Positions 1-9,204 of a stretch of DNA of 64,000 nucleotides are shown here, piece by piece. Below the pieces are notes generated by a model. That model had not been told where the DNA came from and ran no database searches. It saw nothing but the letters and a program-made list of their open reading frames with translations. Made by a program: the position numbers and the translations under genes. Origin of the DNA: a virus (Duplodnaviria > Caudoviricetes); the IMG/VR virus record IMGVR_UViG_3300028197_000002. One strand, given 5' to 3'. Positions within the stretch are counted from its first letter, which is position 1, and every line of letters begins with the position of its first letter.

Positions 1-1
1 T

Positions 2-550
2 GCAAATGGTAGATTTTCTAATAATGGAGATTGTCAAAAAATAAGTCAGGTGTTAAGAGGGTCGACTACTGATGCTAGTAGATTCTATCTATCTACTGAC
101 GGAAGTCAGGCTGGAGTAATCCATAGCGGAGCTGTGTTTTTGGCAGGAACAGCGTATGGCAATATTGCTGGTATAGTTTTGCCAGATAACGCAGTATTTA
201 CTTTTTCAATAAATATTTCTTGCAGAAAGCAAAGCAGCAACGATTCTGCCGCTTGGATAATTAAAGGCGCTGTCCGGAACAGTAGTGGTTGGGGCGGATC
301 GAGCCAGACACTCTTCTCTGAAGCTTCGGTTACTTCAACAATGAATTACAATTTAATAGGCTCTCCTATTATAGAAAGCTTTATTGATTCTGGTTTAAGT
401 GGAATAACTGCGGAGGTGACAACTTCGTACTACAATTCAGACACAACAAATTCTGTATCTAATGCATGGTTTGGTATAGAAGTTCATGGACTTGCCTCTA
501 CTAACTTAAGATGGTCCGCTATGGTCGATGGTATACTTACTACATATTAG
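2..550 (+). CDS. C-terminal part of a tail/structural protein (5'-truncated; frame open from the window edge)
   Basis: The frame is open upstream of the ORF-track GTG (ANGRFSNNGDCQKISQVLRGSTTDA). It is Ser/Thr/Gly-rich and beta-strand-like, and lies directly before a tail fibre gene. Confidence 0.5.
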   Translation, partial: ANGRFSNNGDCQKISQVLRGSTTDASRFYLSTDGSQAGVIHSGAVFLAGTAYGNIAGIVLPDNAVFTFSINISCRKQSSNDSAAWIIKGAVRNSSGWGGSSQTLFSEASVTSTMNYNLIGSPIIESFIDSGLSGITAEVTTSYYNSDTTNSVSNAWFGIEVHGLASTNLRWSAMVDGILTTY

Positions 551-553
551 GAG

Positions 554-877
554 ATGATAATGGGAATTTTTGATAATAATATGACAACAGAGAATAAATC
601 TAAAGATATAGCTGATTCTCTTGTCAATATAACAAAAAATACTTTTGATAAAATAAAAATATCTTATTCCCAAGGAGTGCAGACGTTTTGGAATAACCCT
701 AAAGCAACACCACAAGAAATCGCAGAGGCTTTAGGAACAAACGCCTCAGAGGTTTTTTCTTTACATTACAACTTAGGAGCACTTATTGCCACTATAGATC
801 CAAGTTTTTTAGAAAACACCGCAAACCTTATTGGCAATTTCACACAAAATGAAGATGGAACAGTAACTATCAACTAG
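554..877 (+). CDS. Hypothetical protein in the tail module
   Basis: 107-aa ORF tightly packed between structural genes, with GGAG upstream of the ATG. Confidence 0.6.
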   Translation: MIMGIFDNNMTTENKSKDIADSLVNITKNTFDKIKISYSQGVQTFWNNPKATPQEIAEALGTNASEVFSLHYNLGALIATIDPSFLENTANLIGNFTQNEDGTVTIN

Positions 878-885
878 GTAAAAAA

Positions 886-2970
886 ATGACAGTAGATTAT
901 GGATCTCATGATTTAACAACTACAGGAGATGTTGGAATCAACACATCTTCTCCAAGCTTTAAGTTAGATGTCAATGGAACATTTAGCGCGAACAGTGTAA
1001 ACGTAAATGATGCATTTACCTTACCTACATCTGATGGTGCTCAAAATCAAATTCTGGTCACTGATGGATCTGGAAATGTGGCTTGGAGCACCTTGTCTTC
1101 TTCTGGTATAGACGGATCTGGAACTGCTGGCCAAGTGCCTAAGTTTAGCGATAGTGATACTTTAACTGATAGTGTTATTTCAGAATTGTCCAATAATGTA
1201 GGAATTGGAACAGCGAGTCCATCTGAAAAACTACATGTCGATGGAACCATCAGAGCAGACGATGGCATTGGAACTGAACAAGAATCCAGCACATTCATGA
1301 CATACCCCGGAGGAGGTCTTTATAGAACTGCAACTAGTACGAAAACTGGGTATATTAAAATAACAATGCCGCAATCTTGGCTTGCAGTCATGATAAAAAT
1401 GAGTTTTGATCTCTATGAATACAGCGCTCAAGACTTTACTACTTTTAAACTTTCTGGGTACATGTACACAAGCAGTGGGGGACAATGGATTAACACCGCT
1501 ACAAGTATGGACTCAAATTATGCAAATGATGTTAGATACTATGTTAGATTTGGACACGATGGAACTTACTGTGCTATTTACATATCAAAATGCGATGCCG
1601 CAGGAACAGATTTAGCCGAAACTAGTACTTGGAGTTATCCTCAAGCAGTCGTTAGAGATGTTCATGCTTCATTTTCAGGCACGTATGGTACTATGGATCG
1701 CTGGGCTGATGGTTGGGATGTTGATTTCACTACGACTCTTGGCACGATTACTGCAACCAGAGCTATAGGCAGAGCGTACCATATGCATGAAGCAGGCTAT
1801 GTTTTTAATGAATTGGGAGAAGATGTCGATTTTAGAATTGAGGGAAGTTCTGACACTAGTCTTTTTGTTGTCGATGGAGGTCTTGACAAAATTGGAATTG
1901 GAGAATCCTCTCCTAATTGCAAACTAACTATTGGTGAAAATATTGATTCTGGAATTGTTAATCCCGGAATATCTATAAATTTGGAAGGCGTGAATAAGCC
2001 ATCATTTACAACAAGAAGAACTACTTCTAATCCTGTCTTCTCTATTATGCCTTATTTGGGACAGACATATCTTTCTACTGGGTGTTACTATAACGGATCT
2101 AATTGGATACATTCTTCTTCAAATGCTTATAACAACATACTTGTTCTAGAACCCATATCGGGAGCTAATTGGTATTGTGGTGGCAACAGTAGCACTATAA
2201 ATAGCATTGCAAGCAATAAAAATCTATGGGACAGAACAGGCGCATGGAAGGCAGACATAAACACTTCTTCACTACAAGTTAATAGTGCGTTCACATTTCC
2301 TACATCTGATGGCTCTGCAAATCAGATCTTAAAAACTGACGGATCTGGAACCGTGACTTGGGCAGATGATGGATTTAATTTAATATCTGAAAGTGCTGAT
2401 ACGGTTACTATATCTGGAAATCTTGCTGTTTCTGGGACCACAACAACAATTAATTCAACAACAGTAACAGTAGATGATAAAAACATTGAATTAGGATCTA
2501 ATGCTAGTCCAACTGATGTAACTGCTAACGGTGGTGGGATAACACTAAAAGGATCTACAGATAAGACTATCATATGGGATAGCACTAATTCTAACTGGAC
2601 TTCCAGTGAGAATTTTAATATTGCTTCAGGAAAAGAATTTAAAATAAATAATGTGGCGATTTCAACAGCCAAAGCTTGGTGCTACTTCGGGGGCGGCACA
2701 AGTCCCTACATCGTTAGAGACTTTAATGTTAGTAGCGTAGCTGATGTCTCCGGAGGAAACTTTGGACAATATGTTGTTAATTTTGAGAATAACATGTCTA
2801 CTTCTAGTTATGTCTGTGTGACAGCTGGTGCTGTTACAACTGACGGTAGGGTAGCTACAGTTTGGGCCAATGCTAAAAGTACAAGCAGTGTCAATATCTT
2901 TGGATTGCCAAATTATGGCACCATAGCTTATGTTGACATAGGCGGTATGGACATAGCAATTTTTGAATAA
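886..2970 (+). CDS. Tail fibre protein
   Basis: Repeated GIGT/GIN..P..KL.V.G motifs and a duplicated FTxPTSDG..NQILxTDGSG module. The C-terminal AKAWCYF..FNVSSV.D..G.Y.VNF domain is typical of fibre tips, and chaperone genes follow. Confidence 0.85.
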   Translation: MTVDYGSHDLTTTGDVGINTSSPSFKLDVNGTFSANSVNVNDAFTLPTSDGAQNQILVTDGSGNVAWSTLSSSGIDGSGTAGQVPKFSDSDTLTDSVISELSNNVGIGTASPSEKLHVDGTIRADDGIGTEQESSTFMTYPGGGLYRTATSTKTGYIKITMPQSWLAVMIKMSFDLYEYSAQDFTTFKLSGYMYTSSGGQWINTATSMDSNYANDVRYYVRFGHDGTYCAIYISKCDAAGTDLAETSTWSYPQAVVRDVHASFSGTYGTMDRWADGWDVDFTTTLGTITATRAIGRAYHMHEAGYVFNELGEDVDFRIEGSSDTSLFVVDGGLDKIGIGESSPNCKLTIGENIDSGIVNPGISINLEGVNKPSFTTRRTTSNPVFSIMPYLGQTYLSTGCYYNGSNWIHSSSNAYNNILVLEPISGANWYCGGNSSTINSIASNKNLWDRTGAWKADINTSSLQVNSAFTFPTSDGSANQILKTDGSGTVTWADDGFNLISESADTVTISGNLAVSGTTTTINSTTVTVDDKNIELGSNASPTDVTANGGGITLKGSTDKTIIWDSTNSNWTSSENFNIASGKEFKINNVAISTAKAWCYFGGGTSPYIVRDFNVSSVADVSGGNFGQYVVNFENNMSTSSYVCVTAGAVTTDGRVATVWANAKSTSSVNIFGLPNYGTIAYVDIGGMDIAIFE
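1009..1086 (+). repeat. Internal tail-fibre repeat, copy 1 (VNDAFTLPTSDGAQNQILVTDGSGNVAW)
   Basis: Near-identical peptide and DNA core (cctacatctgatgg...actga[t/c]ggatctggaa) recur at about 2278-2361. Confidence 0.8.
2278..2361 (+). repeat. Internal tail-fibre repeat, copy 2 (VNSAFTFPTSDGSANQILKTDGSGTVTW)
   Basis: Matches copy 1 at about 1009-1086. Confidence 0.8.
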
Positions 2971-2981
2971 GGAATAAAAAA

Positions 2982-3230
2982 ATGAAAAGAATAATTTATC
3001 CAAATGATGATAGTGGAGTTGCGATTGTTATTCCATCTCCAAATACAAAATATACAATAGATGAAATTGCCCTTAAGGATGTTCCTGCTGGGAAGCCATA
3101 TCATATCATAGAAGAAACAGACGTTCCTACAGATAGAACTTTCCGCAGTGCTTGGGAAGCTGACTTCACTGAGCCTGAAGGTTTTGGTATAGGAGCAGAC
3201 GAGTTCTTTAGATTAGGCTATGGAGGATAA
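2982..3230 (+). CDS. Tail fibre assembly chaperone-like protein
   Basis: KRIIYPND..GVAIVIP...IALKDVPAGKPY.I....VP.DRTFR.AWE pattern, common downstream of phage fibres. Confidence 0.65.
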   Translation: MKRIIYPNDDSGVAIVIPSPNTKYTIDEIALKDVPAGKPYHIIEETDVPTDRTFRSAWEADFTEPEGFGIGADEFFRLGYGG

Positions 3231-3231
3231 T

Positions 3232-3840
3232 ATGAATATAAGTGTTAATATGCAAAAAGCTAAAGAAGTATGGAGAGATAAAATTCGGCAGGATAGAGAG
3301 TCTTATTTTACTTCTTTAGATGTAGACTACCTTAAAGCTACAGAAGCACAGAATGTCACCTTGAAAAATGACATAGAAGAAAGAAAGCAACTACTTAGGG
3401 ATGCTCCAGAAGATGATAGAATTGAAAGTGCCACAACACCAGAAGAATTGAAAGTTGTTGATCCTGTAAAAGAGGCTATGTATATTTCAGATATAGACAA
3501 AGCAAAAAGGGACAAACTAACAGAGATTGATGAAGCTTGGAAAGTTACGTTAAACAATGGATGGCAAACGCCAGAAGGTTGGAGTCTTGGTATTCATACA
3601 GATGATGTAGCCTTATTGAGTGCTGCCTATGCTCTTGCTAAAGAGGCCGCGTCGTTAGGTTATACAGACCCTGTTGTTATTTCGGATACAAATAGTGAAC
3701 TTCATTCATTGGACGTAGCAGAGATGACACCCTTGATGTTGGCTTATGGAGCAGCGAGAACGCAACTTAGTGGGGCAGATGCCGCTAGAAGAAAACTTGT
3801 TAAAAATGCTACAACCATAGAAGAATTAGTAGGAATATAA
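3232..3840 (+). CDS. Tail assembly chaperone with a DUF4376-like C-terminal domain
   Basis: N-terminal VNMQKAKEVWRDKIR..R...F..LDV.YLKA.E...KQ.LRDAP pattern. GGAGG at 3222-3226 favours the ATG at 3232 over 3220. Confidence 0.55.
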   Translation: MNISVNMQKAKEVWRDKIRQDRESYFTSLDVDYLKATEAQNVTLKNDIEERKQLLRDAPEDDRIESATTPEELKVVDPVKEAMYISDIDKAKRDKLTEIDEAWKVTLNNGWQTPEGWSLGIHTDDVALLSAAYALAKEAASLGYTDPVVISDTNSELHSLDVAEMTPLMLAYGAARTQLSGADAARRKLVKNATTIEELVGI

Positions 3841-3883
3841 CATGAGTGTAGCCATAATTATAAAATATTTACTATAATATTTT

Positions 3884-4444
3884 ATGGATGATATAGAAAT
3901 AGAAAATCTTTTAGAAAATACTAAAAGCAAAAAAATAAAATCTAAGCCAAAAGGCAAAAGAGTTGAGCTTCAATTAGCGAAAGATTTAAATGAAAGATTT
4001 GATTCCATTTTTACAAAAAATCCAAAATGGGGAAAATTTTCTAGGACCATAGGATCAGGAAATCGTTGGGGGCAGAATGTTCATTTGTCAAAAGCCTCAA
4101 TGGACAACTTTTCTGGAGATCTGGTTTGCCCTCCTTCTTTTAAATTTGTAATTGAATCAAAAGGAGGATACAACGAAATAGATCTTTGCTCTGCTTTTTC
4201 AAAAGGAAATTCTGAGCTAGATTCTTTTTTAAAGCAAGTTTCTGATGATTCCGAAAGAACAGGAAGAAAACCTTTGTTGTTCTGGAAAAAAGATAGAAAG
4301 CCTAGGTTGTCTTTTTTAAAGATAAAAGATATAGGAAATATAAATAAATTATCTTTTGACTACCACATGAAATATAAAGATTGGATAGTTATAGAATATA
4401 AAGATTTAATTAGTTTTAAAGATGACTTTTTTTTTGAAAACTAG
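3884..4444 (+). CDS. Holliday junction resolvase (Hjc-like PD-(D/E)xK nuclease)
   Basis: KGKRVELQLAK...SGDL...IESKGGY matches the Hjc motif order (G..xE, D, ExK). Confidence 0.7.
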   Translation: MDDIEIENLLENTKSKKIKSKPKGKRVELQLAKDLNERFDSIFTKNPKWGKFSRTIGSGNRWGQNVHLSKASMDNFSGDLVCPPSFKFVIESKGGYNEIDLCSAFSKGNSELDSFLKQVSDDSERTGRKPLLFWKKDRKPRLSFLKIKDIGNINKLSFDYHMKYKDWIVIEYKDLISFKDDFFFEN

Positions 4445-4785
4445 ATTTTATTTACAGGAACCTCTAAATTGCTTAAGATTTTTTCTATCTCTGAAACACA
4501 AGACTGCAAGACGTTTTCTAGTTTGTTTTCTACTTCTACGCTTTTTTTTATATTATATCCACATTTTTGTAGAGTTTCCAAATGCTTGACTTGATCATTT
4601 GGCACTTTTGATCTAATTATTCTTCTTATTTCTTTTACAATGTTATCTGCTGCTCTATTGATATCTCTAGAGCCTATGTTGTCCAGATTATCTATCAAAT
4701 CTTGAATAGCATTTAATATGTCTCCAATTCTTCCTGTTAGATAAACAGTATTTTCATTTAATATAAATTCTTTAAAATTAATCAT
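4441..4785 (-). CDS. Hypothetical protein with an N-terminal FKEF..NE motif
   Basis: 114-aa ORF starting MINFKEFILNE. Confidence 0.6.
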   Translation of the reverse strand: MINFKEFILNENTVYLTGRIGDILNAIQDLIDNLDNIGSRDINRAADNIVKEIRRIIRSKVPNDQVKHLETLQKCGYNIKKSVEVENKLENVLQSCVSEIEKILSNLEVPVNKI

Positions 4786-5200
4786 CGTTTGCCAACTTAA
4801 CTTCTGATTTGGGTTTCTTTTTATTCTTTACATTTTTACCTAATTTCAAGTTCTTTACACTTCGAACACAAGCTCTTGCTTCTTCCATAGAATCGGTCGA
4901 TCCTTGGTGAAATAGGTCTTTTGCGGTATTTAAATTTTTAATGCTATATTCTAAAACAGCATCTTCAATTATATACCCTTCTTCGGTGTATTTTTGATGC
5001 TGAGTTTTGGGAACATTGAAACAACCAAAGCACATTTTTGAATAGTTGTTGTTGTCAACAAAAGGGGAAGATCTGTGGGAAACCACATACAAATCCATTT
5101 TTTGATTACAAATTGGACAATTTTTAAATGCTTTTTTCACACTTGTTTTTGTTGCTTTTTTTCTTGACATTTTTGTAATTTTTAGATTAATTTTTTTCAT
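4778..5200 (-). CDS. Hypothetical basic protein with two CxxC pairs (putative zinc ribbon)
   Basis: CPIC and CFGC pairs; Lys-rich. Confidence 0.55.
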   Translation of the reverse strand: MKKINLKITKMSRKKATKTSVKKAFKNCPICNQKMDLYVVSHRSSPFVDNNNYSKMCFGCFNVPKTQHQKYTEEGYIIEDAVLEYSIKNLNTAKDLFHQGSTDSMEEARACVRSVKNLKLGKNVKNKKKPKSEVKLANDD

Positions 5201-5236
5201 AAGTCAATTTTATATTAAAAAAAATTAAAGTAAAGT

Positions 5237-5986
5237 CTATTTGTATTTTAAAATAAAATCCAAAGCTTCACTCTCAAATATAGAAGACAATAACTCAGCA
5301 TTGGGGATAATGCAATGACCTCCAATTTTATTGTTTTCAGGAGGAATTAAATTTGGCCTTGAAAATATTTTTTTTCCTAATTCCTCGTATCCTTCATTGT
5401 AAGTTTCATTCCATTTTTTTATAATATCAAAATTCAAATTTTGTTTATCAAAATGTTTTTTCATTTCTCCATGAAAAGCAATGCATAGCCCATAATAAGT
5501 TGTGCTATATAACTTGGCCAACTCAGTATTTGAAGATCCTAAAATTAAATCGTATTTTAAATTCAAATCCTCAAAATGTTTTTTAGATAATTCTTTTTCT
5601 TCTTCATTTTGATAGCCTATGTATTTGACAAAAGTTTTCAAAGCTTGATATAGATTAGGATGGATGCCTCTTACAGGCGAATGGACCACAGGCAATGATG
5701 ATATTTTTCTTATTTTATTAGTTACATCAGGTAGCGTTGTAGAATGTATTATTGTTAAATTAGGTTTGTATTGAAACATCACCTCTGCAACAGTGTTTAT
5801 AAAATTATCTTCATCTTCAAAAGATATGCAAATGTTTAATATTTCTATATTTTTAAAATCATCAAGATGTTTGTCGCAAGAATAAGGGTCTCTGATTTTT
5901 ATTTCAAAATCAGATTTAAAATCTTGGTAAATCTTAGAAATAGATTTGCCAATTTCTCCATGTCCTAAAATTCCTATTTTTTTCAT
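5237..5986 (-). CDS. UDP-glucose/GDP-mannose dehydrogenase family protein (short form)
   Basis: Rossmann GHGEIG, HSTT.P, HSPVRG, ELAKL and catalytic GGHC. The C-terminal UDP-binding domain is missing. Confidence 0.75.
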   Translation of the reverse strand: MKKIGILGHGEIGKSISKIYQDFKSDFEIKIRDPYSCDKHLDDFKNIEILNICISFEDEDNFINTVAEVMFQYKPNLTIIHSTTLPDVTNKIRKISSLPVVHSPVRGIHPNLYQALKTFVKYIGYQNEEEKELSKKHFEDLNLKYDLILGSSNTELAKLYSTTYYGLCIAFHGEMKKHFDKQNLNFDIIKKWNETYNEGYEELGKKIFSRPNLIPPENNKIGGHCIIPNAELLSSIFESEALDFILKYK

Positions 5987-6408
5987 TTTCCCGTAGAGCC
6001 AAAGCCTCCTGATCCTCTTGTGGTCGAGGACAAATTCTCAGTTTTTTCAAAATCAAAATTAAAACAAGCCTCTATAATGAGTTGAGCTATTTTGTCTCCT
6101 TTTGAAATATTAAAAGAAGAATTTGAATCTGTGTTGAAAAGTATAACTTTTACTTCTCCACGATACGAAGCATCTACGACTCCTGCTAAAACATCTATGC
6201 CACTTTTAAGTGCATGACCTGATTTAGGGGCTATTCTTCCATAATAGTCTGAGGGTATCTCTATAGATATCCCAGTAGAAATTGCCTTTCTTTCTAATGG
6301 TTGTATTATTGCGTCTTCAGAAGCAAACAAATCCGCTCCTGCGTCGGATGGATTTGCTCTATATGGAATTTTTGCATCTTCATTGAGAAGCTTTACTTTT
6401 ATAGGCAT
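5983..6408 (-). CDS. dut: Trimeric dUTPase
   Basis: AGADL, GRIAPKSG, GVVDASYRGEVKV, GDKIAQL and RGSGGFGSTG motifs. The likely start is MPIKVKL at 6408. Confidence 0.97.
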   Translation of the reverse strand: MPIKVKLLNEDAKIPYRANPSDAGADLFASEDAIIQPLERKAISTGISIEIPSDYYGRIAPKSGHALKSGIDVLAGVVDASYRGEVKVILFNTDSNSSFNISKGDKIAQLIIEACFNFDFEKTENLSSTTRGSGGFGSTGK

Positions 6409-6409
6409 T

Positions 6410-8062
6410 CTATCCCTCACATGCTGCACAAGTTAAAATAGATCTAGCTAGTTCTTGCGCAGGGTTGGCCGATCTCTGATAATAAAAAGTTTTAACCCCC
6501 ATTTCCCACCCTTCAATAAGCAAAGAATTAACTTCCTTTGGAGATGCTGAAGGCGGTATCATTAAGTTTAATGATTGGGATTGATCAATATATTTTTGAC
6601 GCTGGGCGGCTTGAACGACTATGTCTCTTTGACTTATTTCTCCAAAAGTTTTAAAAACATCTTTTTCTTCTTGGCTAAGAAAATTCAAGTGTTGGACTGA
6701 TCCACCTTTTACAAGAATGCTTTTCCAAGTTTCGTCATTGTTTTTATCGTGTTCTTTCAAGATAACTCTTAAATAAGGATTTTTATAAGTAAATTTTCCT
6801 TTAGCTAAATTTTTAACAAAATAATTGGAATTTAAAGGCTCTATCGAAGGACTAACTTGACCCAAAATGAAAGAACTGGATGTTGTTGGAGCAACTGCTA
6901 AAGTTGTTACGTTTCTTCTTCCATATCCCTTTAAAAGTTCTGGTTCTCCAAATTCTTTGGCCATCTCTTCTGTGGTCTTATCTGCTCTTTCTCTTATGGA
7001 CTTCCAAATTTCCATATTTAGATACTTGGCTTCCATTGACTCGAAGGAAATCATTTTAGATTGAAGTAAAGAATGCCATCCTAAAACTCCCATTCCCAAA
7101 GCTCTTTGCTTTTTAGCAAAATCATGAGGAGCTTCCATGTAAGGAACCCCTTCTGTTTTAACAACAAACTCTTCATTTACAGCGTCTAAAAATTTAACTA
7201 ATGTTTCTACCGCGTCTGTTTCTTTTATTTCATCCCAATGAAGTAAATTTATAGAAGATAACACACAAACAAAAGAATTGTCCTTGTCAGAGTGAAGCTG
7301 GATTTCGCTACACAGATTAGAAGCATTTATTTTTAATTTTTTATCTTTATAAACTTTTGGAGCTTGTTTGTTGGTGTTATCAACAAACATGATGTATGGA
7401 TAACCAGTCTCAAATCTTTTTTGAATTACTTTGGCCCACAATTTTCTTTTTTCTTTATCGCCTTCGATAAGTTCTTTCATAAACTTATTGGTAACAGTAA
7501 CTCCTATGCTCATATTTTGAATTGGATGACCTTCGCCTCTAATGTGAAGAAACTCTTCAATATCAGAATGTTCTATTGGCATATAGGCAGCAAAAGAGCC
7601 TCTTCTTGCGCTTCCTTGACTGATGACCTCTGCTACTTTGTCAAAGATTTCCATAAAGTGCACAGCGCCACTAGATTCTCCTCCTACGCTTATCTTGGTT
7701 CCTCTTGCTCTCAGGTCACCAAAAAAGCCTGAAGTGCCTCCGCCAAGTTTTGACATCATGCCAACTTCTGAGGCTTTAGTTAATATGGACTCCATTTTGT
7801 CTTGTATATGACTTCCAAAGCAACTTACAGGAAGTCCTCTTTTATTTCCAAAGTTTGTCCAAATAGGAGTGGCTAAAGAATAGAACCCTTTAGCCATATA
7901 GTCTTCAAACTTCTTGGCGAAATTTTTTATTTTTAATATTTTTTCTGCGTTTTTAGCTATTTGCTTTATTCGTTGCTCAGGAGTAACTCCTTCTTCCAAA
8001 TAGCCTCTTTTTAAAAATAATCTACTATGATTGTTTAGCCAATAAAAATCTTGCTTGCTCAT
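6410..8062 (-). CDS. nrdA: Ribonucleotide reductase class I alpha subunit, no ATP cone
   Basis: PVSCF, GGGTSG, SQGSARRG, SNLCSE, APTTSSS, DQSQSLN and TFYY motifs; 550 aa. Confidence 0.95.
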   Translation of the reverse strand: MSKQDFYWLNNHSRLFLKRGYLEEGVTPEQRIKQIAKNAEKILKIKNFAKKFEDYMAKGFYSLATPIWTNFGNKRGLPVSCFGSHIQDKMESILTKASEVGMMSKLGGGTSGFFGDLRARGTKISVGGESSGAVHFMEIFDKVAEVISQGSARRGSFAAYMPIEHSDIEEFLHIRGEGHPIQNMSIGVTVTNKFMKELIEGDKEKRKLWAKVIQKRFETGYPYIMFVDNTNKQAPKVYKDKKLKINASNLCSEIQLHSDKDNSFVCVLSSINLLHWDEIKETDAVETLVKFLDAVNEEFVVKTEGVPYMEAPHDFAKKQRALGMGVLGWHSLLQSKMISFESMEAKYLNMEIWKSIRERADKTTEEMAKEFGEPELLKGYGRRNVTTLAVAPTTSSSFILGQVSPSIEPLNSNYFVKNLAKGKFTYKNPYLRVILKEHDKNNDETWKSILVKGGSVQHLNFLSQEEKDVFKTFGEISQRDIVVQAAQRQKYIDQSQSLNLMIPPSASPKEVNSLLIEGWEMGVKTFYYQRSANPAQELARSILTCAACEG

Positions 8063-8132
8063 TTATTTTTGTACTTAATTTAAGCCTAGGATACTGAAAA
8101 TATAGTATATCAGATAGTGAAAGTTTTACAAA

Positions 8133-9104
8133 TTAAAACAAATCATCTTCTGAGAAGCTTTTTCCTTTTTTACTATATTCAACAGGTCTTGAATGAAAAA
8201 AATCAGACATGTTGTTTCCAAGAACTTGTTCATCAAACCAATGAGTTTTGGCAAGCAATTCTTTATTAATTTCAAATACTTTACTATATCCAATTTCTTG
8301 TAAAGATTCGTTCATTCTATTTTTTATAAATTCTTTTAGAATAGCTGAGTTTAATTTTTCTTCTCCATATCCATTAACAATCCATTCAATGATTTGCATC
8401 TCATACTTGACAGCTTCTTTCGCTTCGCTAATTATTTTTTCTTCTAATTCTTCATCAAATAACTCTGGATATTCGTCTCTTATTACATTTATTATCTTCA
8501 TGCCGATCATAGCGTGAAGGTTTTCCTCTCTAGATGTGTATTCTACTTGCTTGTTGGTATCTTTAAGTAGGTTTCTATATCTTCCAAACCAACTTATTGT
8601 ATAAAATTGTGAAAACAAAGCTATGTTTTCCACAAACAAAGTAAATAAAACCAAAGAATAAATAAATTGTTTTTTATTGTCCGAGTGGAACTTATGCAAA
8701 TGCTTTCTTAAATAATTAACTCTTCCTTTGATAATATCCAGCTCTAACATTTGGTCGAAAGAATCTTCGATTCCCAAGACTTCAAGAAGTCTCTCATAAG
8801 CATCTCCATGTATGACCTCTGTATTTGCCATTACATAGCCCATGTCATTTATGCTTGGATGTGGAAGATTGTCTCCAAGCTTTGCCCAAAACTTTTTAAC
8901 TGATATCTCTAATTGGCCAATTGTCGCTAAAGCTCTTTTTACTATTTCTTTTTCTTGAGCAGTTAAGGAAACCATAAAATCTTGTTTGTCGCTTTGAAAG
9001 CTAAACTCTTTATCAGTCCAAAATCCATTGTGCATTGCTTCAATGAAGTCCTGCGTCCATGAATAGTGGTCTGGCTTCCGTGATATCTGCTCTTCAAAAA
9101 TCAT
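8133..9104 (-). CDS. nrdB: Ribonucleotide reductase beta subunit (class Id-like ligand set)
   Basis: Ferritin-like ligands E66, E96/H99, E159 and E194/H197, with Y103 and K70; C-terminal DFFH..PVEY. Confidence 0.95.
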   Translation of the reverse strand: MIFEEQISRKPDHYSWTQDFIEAMHNGFWTDKEFSFQSDKQDFMVSLTAQEKEIVKRALATIGQLEISVKKFWAKLGDNLPHPSINDMGYVMANTEVIHGDAYERLLEVLGIEDSFDQMLELDIIKGRVNYLRKHLHKFHSDNKKQFIYSLVLFTLFVENIALFSQFYTISWFGRYRNLLKDTNKQVEYTSREENLHAMIGMKIINVIRDEYPELFDEELEEKIISEAKEAVKYEMQIIEWIVNGYGEEKLNSAILKEFIKNRMNESLQEIGYSKVFEINKELLAKTHWFDEQVLGNNMSDFFHSRPVEYSKKGKSFSEDDLF

Positions 9105-9204
9105 ATAAAAATTCTCCTCGTAATTTGTTTTTCTTTATTCTCGATAAGATATATCTAAGTTTGATAAAAAATTTTTTTCAACTATTGAAAATTTTTTTTG
9201 TCAA

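Noticed and set aside
3220-3232. Programmed frameshift fusing the two tail chaperone ORFs
   Set aside because: No slippery heptamer at the overlap, and a good GGAGG precedes an independent ATG at 3232.
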